Part shown: positions 48,991-63,030 of the stretch, piece after piece
Layout of the letters: every line of letters begins with the position of its first letter
Numbering within the stretch: the first letter of the stretch is position 1
Source of the DNA: Camelus dromedarius
Lineage: Eukaryota
Length of the DNA: 64,000 bases
Assembly: GCF_036321535.1 (NCBI RefSeq)
Contig: NC_087436.1
Span: 93,124,001 to 93,188,000, forward strand
Reading direction: 5' to 3'
Translations under genes and position numbers: made by a program
The notes under the pieces: model-generated
The model's input: only the letters and a program-made list of their open reading frames with translations
Databases searched by the model: none
Told to the model about the DNA's origin: nothing

Positions 48991-49484
48991 AAGAAAACCC
49001 GACAACAATAAACCTTGTTCTCTATCACAATAGTGTGAGAATCCTTGCCCTGGAGTATTTGTCCTAGGGGCTCTGGATCAAATAAAGCTTGGAAAACGCT
49101 GCATAAAATAGAGCTCATAATGCTTAGATTAAGAGTTCTAAGCAATTCCTTACTAAGAAACTCTTTTAATTTTAACTCAGCATTTCCTAAACGTAGGGAC
49201 TTCAAAACCATTTTGTCACCATACATCTTTCAACATCTCACAAAACATAGTTTAAGAAATGCTGAGCCAGATGAACTACTGACACATGGTTTGTACTTTG
49301 ACATCACACACAAATAAGAGTGAAACCGCCATCACGCTTAGGTTGTAGCCCATAATCTGAAACTGTCCACCTTTGGACAGACCCTCCCAGCAGGTCCTAC
49401 GCTGGCAATGCCAATCCCCAAGGCGTGCCAGGCTTGCAGCAGTCAAACAGCCAGGGACTGCTTCGCCTCTGCACCCTTCAAGCT

Positions 49485-49521
49485 TCACTGCAAGGATGCA
49501 CTTCACATTTGCCTTTATAGG
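49485..49521 (-). promoter_or_regulatory. perfect CArG box overlapping TATAAA, with an Inr-like CAGT 30 nt downstream
   Basis: CCTATAAAGG at 49521-49512. CA(+1)GT has its A at 49489. Confidence 0.3.
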
Positions 49522-50611
49522 GCTGCGAGTTAAGACGAGGATTTACTAGTTAGGGGTGACCCCAGGAACAAAGTATCTCATAGTCTAGGTCAGACATGTG
49601 GATGACATTAGAAAAAGAAACAGGCTTTCGGAGGGCAAATGAGTGTGCAGGGCAGGAGCCACATCGATAGAGCCGAATACCATTACCCCTATCATGTTCA
49701 GAGGTCACAACCCCTCCGCTAAGAAGGCGAAAAAGTCAGCAAGAAAGGAAATACCATAAGGTAAAAAACCAAAATCAACTTTTGCACTCGTCAAAATACA
49801 CCGTGGCCTGAAGCAGTTTTTTTGGGGGGTTGGGGGGCTGGAGAAAAGTTCACCTAAAATGTTCTGCTGATATTAAAACATATGTGAAAAGGAAGAAGAG
49901 GTATGCAGAGTAGGAATTTGAAGCAAAAAAGAGAAATCTGGTGAAAACATCACTGCCACTCCTTTTATTCTTTCAAGTTTATCAGGTTCTTAATCCAAGT
50001 TGGGGCCGCCTTTACTATTCCAAATTTTTTCCTATGTAATTCAAAAAAGGTGTGGAGAAAAGTTTTGTCTTCAAATAACTCTGGATTCTTGACTTTGTAA
50101 CCGTGCACAAGTGGAAACCACATTTCATCTTCAAGGAACGTTTTAAAAAAAAAGATATTCGAAATAATAAATTTTCTACAGATACTGGCTTCCTCTTTCC
50201 AAGTTAGTGTTTGGCTTAATTTATACAATAAATCTAATGGGCAAATTATCTCTCGCAAATAGCACCTAGCACATTCTTGGCATCTGAAAAGAGTTAACAC
50301 ATTGCATATGCCATTTGTGTTCACAAAACAAGGTATCTGAGGAAATAAAAATCACAGGGTGGGGAGTGAGCATAGAAATGTAGAGGTCACCAATTGGCTG
50401 CAAAGGACCCTCGCCTATACACTCAGGGTCTTGAAGGTACTTCAATGGGGCTGGAACCAAAGGACAAAAGGTATGGTGACCCTATAAGGTGTCTGGGACT
50501 TTGCAAATTATAACCTCTTTAATTCTAGCAACCAGCTCTAAGTATGTCTCCTTGAACAGGTGTGGGGAAAGATGATGTTGAAAATAAGTTCAGTTGAGTT
50601 CACTGTTTAAG

Positions 50612-50760
50612 ATGTATAGTGTTTCAGTCTGGGATGATAATCAGAGTGCTGGACATGAATGGTAGTGATGGTTGCACAACAATGTGAATGTACTCAATGC
50701 TACACTTAAAAATGGTTAAGACAGTAAATTCTGTGTTATGGATATTTTACTGCAAGAAAA
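50612..50760 (+). mobile_element. L1MB 3' terminal fragment
   Basis: ggtagtgatggttgcacaacaatgtgaatgtactcaatgc...cacttaaaaatggttaag. Confidence 0.85.
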
Positions 50761-50904
50761 GTTGAGTAGCTTCCCAAGGTTACACAGTGTGTGCACGACA
50801 AAGCTAAGAGGCATGGCAGTCTGACTCAAAAGCCCATAGAGAGATCCTTGCATCTCTCAAAAATGACAATATAGATGATGGTGGTAATCATAAATTAATT
50901 ATAA

Positions 50905-51160
50905 ATATCATCTTTATTCTCATTCTCATCCTTAGCCTTGACTTGCTGAGTGCTTATTTGGTGCCAGACTCTATTCTAAGCAACTTATATGTATTAAAAG
51001 CTTAGTCCTCCAAACAACCTATGAGGTCGTATTCTTATTATTCTTATTTTCCAGGTGAGAAAGTGAAGTACAGAGAGGTAAAGTAACTTCCTCAAGGGCA
51101 CACAGCTAATCAAATCCAGGCCGTCTGATCTCAGATCCCCTGCCCTTCACCACTTACCCC
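50905..51160 (-). mobile_element. MIR (well preserved)
   Basis: tgagtgcttatttggtgccagac...acaacctatgaggtcg...gtacagagaggtaaagtaacttcctcaagggcacacagcta. Confidence 0.88.
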
Positions 51161-51734
51161 AAGGCCTCCTGATATATAAATTTATGTACACAGCATATAA
51201 AGACATAAACCTCATTAGTCTTGAGATGATTCACAAACCAAAAATGTCAATAGGTTATAAATAATGTTTAGACTAGTTAAATTCTAGTTCACGAGATGTG
51301 AATTAATCTAGTTCACTCTGGTTTCTGAAGACATCTATTCTAAAGATAGCTTAAATACCACCATCCATTAAGTCTTCTGTGTGACTCTGGGCCATGCTCC
51401 CTCGGCACTGCTTGAACCAGGATGGTGGTAGCATGCACACATGTTAAGAGTCTACAACTTGCTTCCCCACCCTGCCATGAGTTCTCATGCATGAATTCAT
51501 ACCCATGTGTTTAACTCACTATTTTAGGATTAGCTCTGTGACTGACTAGTACTCCACATGTCTTCAGTAAGTTTTTCTTAATTCACTTGGAATAGTTTAA
51601 ATAATACTGTCTTTTCTGTTCTTAAAGGTCAGCTCCATAACCATCTGGTTCTAGAGTCTTTGTCAAACGTAACTCTTTAATTACCTTTCCAGTGCCTTCA
51701 CAGTAATCCAGTAACTGCAGGGTTTCCACTGCTC

Positions 51735-52400
51735 TTGGGGTCAATTTTGATCATTTGTATTTTGCTAAGAAATCATCCTTTTCCATTGGTTTTTCACACC
51801 TCTTACCAAAGCGTTGTTTATACAAGTCTCTACATGATTTTAATTTTTCTTGTTTGTACTGTTTTGTCATTTCCTATTATTTTATTTGTTTAGTATTCTT
51901 TTGCTAGCATGCTTTTCCCTTAATTTGGCTTTCAAGGGGTTTATCTATCTTATTGGTCTTTCCAAAGAACCAGCTTTTGGACTTATTTATCCATTATTCT
52001 ATCCCTTTAATTTCAGCTTTTATCTATTAATCCTCTCACTAACTTTTTAGGTTTGTTTTGTTCCTCTTTGTTTTGCAAATAATAAGTTGAGCTATTTTTT
52101 CTTTATTCTTTATTAAAGAATAAAACGTTTCCTCTGAGTACAGCTTTTACTATGCTTGAAAGTTCTGATAAAGAAATATTTTGTTTTAATTCTTTCCCAG
52201 TAACTTAAACAATTTCTTTGATTTCCTTTTGATCCCGGGGTTATCAATGAGTGTGTTTTATAATTTACAAGTGGATAAGGTTTTTTAAAATTGCCTTGCA
52301 TTTTTTCTATTCTCATTACATTGTAATCAGGGAGTGTTCTCTGATAAATCTCTCTCCTCTCTGAGCTTTTGAAGGCTTTCTTTGTGGCCAAGTATGTGAC
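51735..52400 (-). mobile_element. decayed L1M ORF2 fragment
   Basis: ggtttatctatcttattggtctttccaaagaaccagctttt...ttgtggccaagtatgtg is typical of antisense L1 ORF2. T-rich. Confidence 0.75.
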
Positions 52401-52524
52401 TCAGGGGAAAGGAGATGGCATTAAATGGTTCAAGGACATTTACTTGTCTATTTTTATGTATTTGACTATAATCTTAGAAAGTTGACATGAAATTTGTTCA
52501 CTTAACAATTGTTCTACAGGACAC

Positions 52525-52680
52525 CTAGTATGATATGATGAGAAAAAGCATGAGATTTGGAATTTAAAATTCCTGCCTCCTCCCTTCATAGGTCTGGGTC
52601 TCAGTTACCTGATCTATAAAATGTAAATTACACTCATATGCTTCACAACGTTACCAGTGAAAAAATTAAATAAGCCTGGT
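52525..52680 (+). mobile_element. MIR fragment
   Basis: gggtctcagttacctgatctataaaatg. Confidence 0.6.
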
Positions 52681-53659
52681 GTGCTCCCTCTTCCTACACA
52701 ATGCCTTCCTAAAAATCCCAGTTAGCTATCAAATACTCCCCTTAAGAAGCAGCTCTCTGCAGCCCTGCTAGGCAACAGAAAAGCCTCCAAGTGGGGTCTT
52801 GCCAGGCACCTTGGACCACACAGTGTAAAGAAATGGACACACTGCTGCCTGTACATTACATACACCCTTGTATGTTGCACACACTGAGAAGATCCTAGAG
52901 AAAGGCAGCCATCTCAGCCTGAGTGTCTTTTGAAGCAGCTGAGTGTTTTAATTCCCTTAAAACACTGTGTGAGTGTGAAGTGGAGGGGAGGAGAAAGAAG
53001 ACTTAAAGCAATTCTGCAGTTAGGCTCAGCACTGCAGAGAATATTTTTGAAACTAAACACTGATTGAGAAGGACATCAAAGGAGTTTGATTTGTTTGATG
53101 TTTGGACACATATACACGATGCAGATAACTGCTGGATTAACGATGCCCGTCTGCACTCCAGATGGACTGTGCGACTGTGTTGAGACATTTGACTCAGCGC
53201 CATTTGAAAAGCAGATTAAGGTAAAACCATCCTAACACAAATGATTCTTCCACCCCATATTTAAGGGTACAACGTTCTATTGTTAGTTTAAAACATTCAG
53301 CAAATTACAATGAACTTCTAAGACATCTCCTGTCTTACCAGTATCACCGTGTAAGAATCAGAAGTGGAGATATGATTATGTTGTCAATTTCTGGGACTGA
53401 GCAAGACTCTCACAGGACAGACAACAGGATGTGGAGAACAGCCCTGACACTGAAAGGTACCAGGTTGGTATAATGCAGCAGCTGGCCTTTAGACTTACAC
53501 AGTCATTTTAGATTTGATATTTCTAAAAGCAGCTTTAAATCTGAGTAGTTGGACAAGCAAAAAGAAAAAACAGAAAACAAAATCTCACCCTCCCAGAGCA
53601 CAATTTTAAGGCTTTTGTCCCACTAAAAGTTTGTTTTTCTTCTGTTAGCTTTTATTCAT

Positions 53660-54110
53660 AAGAAATACAAATGGCCAGTATCTGGGGGAGGTTTTAACCT
53701 ACTAAAAAATTTTTAATGCAGGTTTAAACAGCATAAAAACAATTTTACCATCGGATTGGCCAAGATGAACACAAATGATAAGACTGAGCGTTGGAGAAGG
53801 TATGAAGTCGGCAGTCTTATATTGCTAGCAAGACTGGGGATCGGTACTATACTATCTTTCAGAAAGGCGATTTAGAAGTAAGTGCCAAAAGCCTTCGGAT
53901 TTTGCATTTCTCGGATTCAGCCATTTATCTTTCAGGAATATGTTCTAAAGACTTAAACATGATTCTTTTACAAAGATTTTTGTAAAAGAAAACTCACTGG
54001 AACACTGTTGAAAATGAAAAACTAGAGACAACAAAAATGCTCAACAACAGGGGATTGCCGAAATAAAATTGTGGTATGTACTCATGCTGGAAACTATTAT
54101 GGTATACACC
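53660..54110 (+). mobile_element. decayed L1ME fragment
   Basis: atacaaatggccag...ccatcggattggccaag...actagagacaacaaaaatgctcaacaacagggga...aataaaattgtggtatg. Confidence 0.7.
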
Positions 54111-54309
54111 CCTGTTGGTATAGATTTATGTTAGGCACTACAATGGTCTGAAGAATATAGAAGTCTAAATCATACAGTTCTTTTAAAAGATGACTTGCAA
54201 TGGAATTACTCAGAGTAAGCATTGTTAGCATTAGGATGTATAATTTTAAGTGATTTTTCTATGTAAATATATAATTTTTCTTCCCTTCTAAAATTCTTCT
54301 GAGTATTTT

Positions 54310-54990
54310 GAAAAGAAGCTTTATTCATATAATTAAAAAATACACAAAAGGGTATATTGTGAAGTTTTCTTCCTAGTTCTGTCCTCCAGTCACCCAGATT
54401 CCTACTCTCAAGGCAACTAATATTTCCAGTTTCTCATATATTTTTCCAGAAGCATTTTGTGTGTATACCAATCTATGTACATATATTCTACACCTTTCAT
54501 TTTTTTAAACCCAAAGTAGCTACACCTTGCTTTTTTAAAATTATTATTATTAATCAATAGGTAAAGAGTGTCATCATTCCTTTTTTTTAAGACTGTGGTA
54601 TTCCATGGTATGAGCAGGTCAAAATTAGGATAAACGTATAATTTACTGCCCAAATGAAGATACTTTTGAAAGGGATGCTATTACTAATTACAGTGGAACA
54701 AGAGACATAAACCAGGACTATCTCAGACAAAGCTGGACGTAAGGTGATCTTAACCATAAAAGACCACAACTTAGTAACCAGTCCCTTTTTGATGGAATTA
54801 AGGTTATTTCTAATCATTTCGTGAGGCAAAAATGCTGCAGTTAAAAACGTTATATATGTGTCATTTCACACAAGTGGGAATGTGTCTGTAGGATATAATA
54901 CTTAGAAGTGAAATTGCTTAGTCAAAGGATATCTGCATTGTTTTTATATGATAGATAATTCTAGACTGTCATCCAAAAACATCGTAATTA
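54310..54990 (-). mobile_element. decayed L1ME 3' fragments interrupted by MER94
   Basis: aggcaactaatatttccagtttct...ttttccaga...gtattccatggtatg; ctgtaggatataatacttagaagtgaaattgcttagtcaaagg. Confidence 0.65.
54626..54752. mobile_element. MER94-like hAT-Blackjack MITE
   Basis: tagg...tataatttactgcccaaa...tacttttgaaaggg...ctattactaattaca...taaaccaggactatctcagacaaagctggacgtaaggtgatctta resembles the recalled MER94 consensus. Confidence 0.7.
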
Positions 54991-56369
54991 TTTTCATTTT
55001 TTCTGAAATAAGCAAGTATTGCTTTTACAGTAAGATAAAATAATAAATTGCTTTTAAAGTTAAGTTATGTGAAAAATGTAGATTTAGCAAATTTAAAGTA
55101 TTCTTAATCATAAAAACATATAGAAACACAAGACTGGAAATAATTAAAGTTGAGCATATCTAGACTATATGGAAGTTTCAAAATCAAACACAAACCCCAC
55201 CAGAACTATCACAAATGAAGAGATTGTGCAGTCAGAGGGTGAACTAAAAAAGCGCCTTGTAAATACAATGTTTATTAAAGTCACCATGCATCTCCTGCCC
55301 TCCTTTGATTTTGTATCTTACACATTCTTCTTTGTTGTTTAACTAGGCAAGTTAGTTTGCACTTGAAGTCACTAAGTGACAACAAATGGCTGAAAGAAGC
55401 CTGTCTTTTTTTTTTTTTTTTTTCTCCTTTCAGACAACAAACAGTTCCAGAAAGGCAGGTCTATTACTTAGGCTAGTATTAGTACAGCTTCTGTAGTATC
55501 AACAGTATCTGTTACAGCCGCTGGACCTGAAACCCAAAAGTGGCTGGGAAATCTCGTGGGAGGGCCAGCAGGCTGGGGGTATCTGCTACAACTGTACCAT
55601 CTCGACACTGCAAGAAGCAAATACCCGCCTCCTTCAAGATAGACTCATTCTTGCTTCATGTATACACACTCTGAGAGAAAAGCCACAGATTCTTTCCCTT
55701 ACGAAGTGAAATCCACACTTGCCAAAATATGTTTTAATAATTTCATATACTCAGGCCTTAACCTTAAACATCTTCCTGCTACTCACAAGACATTCCCAAT
55801 ATGAGCTTTATATTTATCATATAAATTTGTATGCCAAGAAGTTACAAGACCAAGTACGGAGCGTTCTCAAATGTATTAGGGAGGATTTCATATCCACATA
55901 ATGAAACTGGATCTGAAAATTATTTCCAAAAGACTACACGCCAAAATGAATACAATTTTAAAATTTTGAACTTCTAATGAGGATGTGAAACCACAGCATA
56001 ATGCTGGCATATAATAATTACTTCCTGAATGATTGAATTTAGGGTGAGATGGACATTTACCCATTAAATCCACATCTGATAACATAATACAGAGCTAACA
56101 GGCAAAACTGCACTTTTTCAATTATGATGCCTTAAAGAATTAAAAATGTTGAAATGTTAACCTTGTCAGTTTCTTCATACTTAAAGCAGTGAGAACAGCT
56201 ACTGGTCACGGAATAATTAGTTTTCTCTTGATGGACACTTAGGCTGTTTCCAATCTTCTGCTACTTCAAAATAGGCTGCAATAAATAATGTGTGTGTGTG
56301 CATGTGTGTGAGTGCATTTGTAAGATAAAAAAAAATTTAGAAACAAGATTGTGCTAAGTATTTCAAAGA

Positions 56370-56550
56370 CATTATTCTTTTCCTTCTCACTACAGCTCTA
56401 CAAGGTGGGCTCAGTTGCTCCTAATTTACAGACGAGGAAATAAAAGGTAAGGCCCCAAGTGGTAGAATGATTCCCCACTGTCACACAGCCACAAATGATG
56501 GAGCTGGGATTCAAACTTAATCTCCAACGCCCATTACCCTGCCTTGCACA
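56370..56550 (-). mobile_element. MIR
   Basis: ctaatttacagacgaggaaat...tcacacagccacaaatgatggagctgggattcaaac. Confidence 0.8.
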
Positions 56551-57149
56551 GTCTCACAGATGTTTTTCCATAAAGCCCAAAACATATAGCATAACAGAAA
56601 ACTCAAGCCACACTTGAAGTCTTGATAGCTTAATTTCAGCAAATTAAAACAATGACAGTAGCTATGGATAAGTAGATAGGCTTGTGGCCTGAACTAGCCT
56701 CCCAGTGATGGGTCTGGATCCTACAATATGACGATAAATCCTCATGGAGACTAGTGAAATCCAGGGAAGTCCCCCCACACACCCTAAACACACTTTCACT
56801 CCATGGCCCCTGCCAGATCCCACTTGATACTAAACCTAAAACCTGCCTGGAATAAAGTAGTTCAGTGAAACCCCTGGTAATTCTTGCCTCCTGGGTTTGC
56901 TTTCTAAAAAGAGGGCTGTTTGTTTAATTTGGCACAAATTCCCTCACAGATGGCATATAAGAGAGATTTGTCTTCTTAATTATATTATGTATGGGAACTT
57001 ACAGCAAAGGTCTAGGACTCAAAAACCTTTAAAGGGTTCTTATAGCTAATAACAAAGTAGTCATTAGCCTTTATAACTGAGTCTCCTGCCTCAGGTGCTT
57101 ATCACATTTCATCACATGTGCAGAGTGTGAGAGGCACCTTAAAAATGTG

Positions 57150-57600
57150 GGTTTTCTTTGATCTAGCAATTTTACTGTGGGACTTTATTCTAAAAAACAG
57201 TCAGGAAAAAAGGATTTATGTGCATGATTGCTCATCACAACTTTATTTATAATAAGTTAAAACTGGAAATAACCCAAATGCCCAATAAAAAAGTATACCT
57301 AAATAATTTAATGTATGTCGTCCCTATGGGGGAAAAATATATAGCCATCAAAATGGTGTTTTCAGCATTCTTAGCAACCTGGAGAAATCCTCATGATCAA
57401 GGACAAGGGAAAATGAAGGTAGAAAGCTGATGTACAGTAATAACTCAGCCACGTCATCTGTATACGTGATACACGTACAGAGCAAAAACCAGAAGACTGC
57501 ACCCAGGATGCTAACAGGCTCTGAGTGGACTGTTACACACAACTTTATTTTCCCTTCCATACATTTTTTTGATTTTTACGTTCATATAGTGATTATATAG
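57150..57600 (+). mobile_element. decayed L1ME fragment
   Basis: tttgatctagcaattttact...ttatttataataag...aactggaaataacccaaatgcccaat. Confidence 0.7.
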
Positions 57601-59099
57601 TTAAATCCAGAAAAAGATGACAAACTGTACTTCTTTAAAAAGACTCTGTAAATTGATTGTTGGTACTGTTAACTTTCTCAGCTGTGGGGCTTCTCCAGTT
57701 ACAGTCAAGCCAATTCGACGTGGACCATTTTTCTCTTGCCCTCTGCAGTCTGACCAATTCACTGCTTACTGGTATCACCACTGTAGAAAGAGGGAACACA
57801 ATAGTGAAACTCAAAGCCATCTTTTTGTAGGAGAGACTGACTGCCATACATTTGTTTGGAGAAGATTTGAAAGTCCAACACCAGCTAAAGTTACTTAGAG
57901 ATTTCCTTTATCTGTATAACCCTTGATGCAGAAATTGTTCCATTACTGCAGACAACCCTATCTTAGTCTGAGGGAATAAGAACCTCTCCACTAAGAATTT
58001 CCATGATGTCACTGACTGCTAACAGCCCCTGTGAAGTGCTTGAATCCTACTACGTGAACACGCTCATCTGCCTCTTCCTTCAAGTTCCACACTCCTGATG
58101 CCTCATGACTGTAAAGTCCTTAACCAACCAAGGAGTCACTAACCAGGTCCTCTCCCACTTCTAAACCAAAGTTCTATCTAACTGTCAAGATACTGAAATC
58201 AAAACACGAGATCCATGCGGCAATACTCTGGTTATATGCTGCCACAAACTCTAATTCTAGTTCATTTCATTCTAACCCTGCATTATTCCTTTCTGTGTTC
58301 TCTTCCTTGCTTATAAAAGAATCTGTTCCATGTTATTTTTCTTAACCATGCTCATTTAAAACCTGCTATTAAGAAACTTGCTTTCTTTTGCCAGAATGTC
58401 TTATTTCACAGACCCTCTTTTATTTACTTCTCTGTCAAATTCTGTAGCACTCAAACTCCATTCTTAATTTTGCTCCTGGAATTAAGGTATCTCATATTTC
58501 TTTCCTTAGGTAAAAAACTAGGACCATAAAAGCAGTGGAAAGTTGTTCAAGCTGGGGCATTGAGATGTAATATGAAACCAACTCCAATGGTAAGCTGCTT
58601 AAATTCAATGTACTGCTAATTGTCAAGTTTTTGATTCTGTGTGATTCCAAAACTGCCTGTGTTTCTATACAGTCTGTAATAATTTGAGTGGGACATTTGC
58701 AAGGCTATATTCTTGCATCCATGAAGATACTGTTAGTTATGTTACACTTACAGATGGAGCGGGGCTTGGAAAAGGAAAAGTCTGACAAAGTTGAATTCAG
58801 TTCAGCAGCTGAAATTTCTCCCTCTCTCTCACTGTCAGAGCTTACACTCACTCTCTCCACTTGCTCCTTCCCATATCAACAAACCAATCAATGAATATGT
58901 CAGAGAACTGTCCTTACCTTTCATTCATGCTTCGGTAGAAATCATTACAAATTAAAATATTAACAGTCTTGTTCTATGAGGTTTACTATGAGGGCAGGTA
59001 TAAAGCATTCCTATAGACAGTCAGGCTCCTATAAATACCTATTTGGGGTAGAGGTGAATTTTTGAGGTGATTTGGCTTTTCAGCATCTGTGACATCAAA

Positions 59100-60330
59100 C
59101 CACACAAGAGTCATCCACTTCACCTTCTTGTAAGGCCAGGTTCCACTTTAGAGACCCACTGTGAACCTTGTCATTACCTGTAGTGATACCTTAGAAAACC
59201 CAGTATAGTATCCCGTGGTCTACCACATCATCCATCAAGCTCTCTCTCATTCTCAACTATGCACTCATGCACTAGTTCTTGGACCTCGTAACAAACTTCT
59301 AACCCCTTGATCACTCAATAGAACATGTTGGCTCCATTATAAACTCATGATTTCCAAACTCAGCTGGGTCCTCACTGAGTCCAGTCCTTTTCCGTTCCCC
59401 TCAGCAACTGATCCAACCTCCCACTTCTCTCTGTGCTTTCTATGCAACACTCTTCTCGCTTATTTTTAGTTATCTTTGCCTCCTGCTGCAAAAGAATGAC
59501 ACTGTCACACTCCATTCTTCATTTATACACCCATGATCACTTCCTCTCCCCTGGTCTGAGGACATAAGTCTCTCCTTCCTTGTCAGTGTTATCCCTTCCT
59601 ATCTTCCAAGACATCATCCTACCTATTTTACCCTCTCTCCTATCTCTTCATCTTCTTTCTCTCACCAATCTTCTCTTTCTCCTAGAAACAAGACAAAGAA
59701 CATTCCTACCCTACAGAAAAGTCCTCCAAGGACTGTGTGTCTCCCTCAAGTTAATACCCATTCTCTCTCCTTCCTTCTCAGCTCTCATGCCATGAGAGTC
59801 ATCCCCGGTCTCAGTCTTTATTTCTCTCCTCCTGTTGGAGCCTCTTCACCATTGACTTCAATTCTCACCATCTGGTACAAATGTTCTTAAGGTCAACAAT
59901 CATCCCATACTTTTTAATTCAAGAGGGACTTTCCAGTTCTTACAATGGGCTAATTCTCTACCTGCATCTGGCACAGTTCATTGCCTCTTCTTCCTTGAGA
60001 CATGCTTCTTTCCATTGATGCTTCTGTTGATTCACTTTCCAATATTCCTTTGCCCTCTTTTCTCAATCTTCTTCCTGAGTTCCTCTTTCTCTACCATTTT
60101 GAAAATGACAGTTTCCCTAGTCACACCCCATGGCTGATTACTCTTCTCAGTCTATTCTTGGGCAATGCCAGTCATCATTTTGGTTTTAACCTTTGTCTAA
60201 ACATTTCTGCTTCTTCAATCCTTCTAAACTCTCCAAAACTACCTACAGGACATCTTTACGTCATAAGATGCCCAGAGAATGGACACTTATGTATGATGCT
60301 GAGCCACAATTAACTCCTTTCCATGATGCT
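59100..60330 (+). mobile_element. long decayed L2
   Basis: About 1.2 kb of pyrimidine-rich L2-type text: ttctctacctgcatctggcacagt...ctcttcttccttgag...ccaaaactacctacaggacatcttta. Confidence 0.75.
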
Positions 60331-62819
60331 TAGGTCCAAAGTCATGACTCATTCTGTCTCCAAAATTAATGCCTCTGCTTAAACGTAAGATGCAAACAGA
60401 AATAAGAGTTTCTATCTGCTCGACTGCAACACGAATGCAAACCGTATCACCTAAGAAACAGAGGGCTGAACAGAAGAAAAGCAAGGCTTAAACTTCAGAT
60501 ATAGCAGCTCCCACAGAAACCACAGACTCTCTGCAGCAATTAAGCAGAGGTGGGGCCACATGTTTTGAGATCACTTACTCAGACCTCTTGGGAGACAAAG
60601 TTTTGTTACAGTTATAACCAGAATGTCTCTAGTAAGAGCTTCACTTTGGGGCTACTGTTTAAAGCATGGAATGGCTACAGAATTGTGAGGGCCAGCAGGC
60701 TTACCATTTTTCAGTGTTCAAAGTGATGGAGCTGAAACTAATGTTTCCTGGGGGGCCCGGAGCATACTGCCAAGGGTAGGGCTGTGCGTTACTGAGTCGC
60801 TGGGACACGGATACCTGCTATCCTGCCCCGGGACCTGACGCCACACCACCATTTTGCAAACAGGGCTAATTCTGTGCTCTAGACCACATGCAATGGGGGC
60901 TGACTTCTAGTGTTCTCTTTTCCTCCTTGAAGAGAAATTCGGTCACAGCAGTGAGAGAAATGCTAGATAGATTCAAGAGTGTGGGGGCTTTTATGGATAA
61001 TCCCTTTTCTGAGGAGGAGGAGGAACAAGGCTTTGCTCTAATCAACAGGTTCTTCCTCTGGTGGATCTGATGCACAGGCAGGATTAGGAATGCCTTTTAG
61101 TGCCATTTTTGGAGTCCTTATGTAGCATTATCTCTGAAACTGCCACCAGTTTCTTTATTACCTTGACAACCCATCTCTAGGAATCTGGGGATGTAGGATC
61201 TATGAATCACACTACTCGGTAAGCACGATGTATTTTTAATATGTTCAGTCAGGGTTGAAAAACAGCATCCTACATTCCAGCTGCATCTTATTTTATAGTT
61301 TATCATTGAGGGCAGACCTTCTATTCTTTTGCTTCGTGTTCATTAGAGTAACACTCCTGGGCATTTACTGCCACCCTACTCCTGAGTTATCTGAGTGCCA
61401 AGTCTGGGAGGAGAGAGAGCATTTTCAGCCAAGCCTCTTCCTGCGGCTGCTGGCAAGAAGCGTGCTTTCTCTCCTGCTCCGCACTATATGTTTTCCAGGC
61501 ACAGCTACTGCAGAGGAGGTCTGCACTGTGAGTTCTCCCTGGGGCAGCCTGGGTAAGTCTAGCGTAGTCAGGGCTGAAACAGTAGTAAGTACACTTGCCA
61601 GCCCCAAGTTACAGTCTTCAACCCAGCTCTTAGCCATAGAAAGTGAGCATCTTTATCTGTCTCACTCCTGCGTCTCTCAAACAGATTAAGAGGTGATATG
61701 ACATGATTAACCATGAGAAACAAAACCAGTTATTGGATAGTATCTATGCTGGTTTGAGTCCAGGCATTTACATGGTCAATTCTTTTCTCTTTCCCTCGGT
61801 GGATAAGTCCTTTTTTGGTATAATGTTAAGAAGCACAAAATTGGTTTTTTTTTAAAGCTACTTAGCACGTTTCTCTAATAGTCAGTTTGGATTTTCATTA
61901 CACCCTTATCTGGAAGGTCAACAGGATGAAAGCTTGGAAATACAAACATAAATGGAGAAAAGAAAAGAAAAATTTAGTGAGATTTCTAGTGAGCAAAGAC
62001 AGGCAGGGTAACCTGAACAGGGAAGTAAATGACATGTCTCATGGAGCTAGAATTTGGGAAAATATTTAAAATGTTTGTCCTTGCAATCAGTTTCAAAGTC
62101 AAACATCCTCTTTCACCAGCTTCTTACTCTTCACAGGAAACGCCAACACCTAGGCTTGTAGCCTGCCTCTAATTTATGACAAAGAAGACAGTTTACATTT
62201 GATCATATCCTACAATATCCATAGACATTTCATCAACATTTTGGCCCATTTTAGCAACATATTTTTCTTACTCAGTCTTTCTGAAGGAAAGCCAGAAGAA
62301 ATAATCCATTTTAGGGTATTTTTCTTGCATTGGTGTTTGAAGAAATTTAGATCCAAAAATAAGTAGAACATTATGTCACCACAGTTTTGAATACACAAAC
62401 TCAGTGTCCGTATGGGTCGAATTCCGTGACACCCCATTCCAAGGGACTGTGAAATTCTTCTTGTCCTGCAGTTCTGGTGTTTCAAATAGTGTGTAGCATT
62501 AGCAGGCCAAGGCTGGGTCTCGATAATCTTTTTTAAAAAAATTATTTTCAGAGCCCAAGATTTATTGCAAAGTAATAGGAATGCTTTCTTTGTGGTGAGT
62601 CTGTAACTTCACTGTCACTTGTAGTTGTAAATACTGAATCCTATTGACTGTTTATTCTCAAATGCCATTTTACTGCCTATGTGAAGTGAATGTCAGAGCA
62701 CAAATCTTAAAGACATTACCTGTGAAGCGAAATCAACTTGTAATCATTTTTGATGTCACTTAATTACGGAGTTTTTTTCAACATGCCATTACTAAGTCAG
62801 GGGTAGAAATATGTCCAAA

Positions 62820-63030
62820 GATAAACATAGAAAGACTTGGTTTCTAATCATGCCTTTCCCACTTACTGATGTACTTGGCAAGCTACATAAGCTCTCTAAG
62901 TCCCAGGTTCCTCACCTGAAAAATGCAATAAAATGTACCTACCAGGTTTTCCTGAGGAGTAAATGAGATAATTTAGTACAGCACTTAAGCTAGTACCCAA
63001 CACCGAGTAGGCAGTTAAAAGTGTCGGCTC
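62820..63030 (+). mobile_element. MIR
   Basis: cacttactgatgtacttggcaagctacataagctctctaagtcccaggttcctcacctgaaaaatg...gaggagtaaatgagataat. Confidence 0.8.

Noticed and set aside
60866-61075. Overlapping ORFs including ...MDNPFSEEEEEQG...
   Set aside because: The acidic run comes from a short (GAG)n microsatellite. I recognise no homology or splice context.
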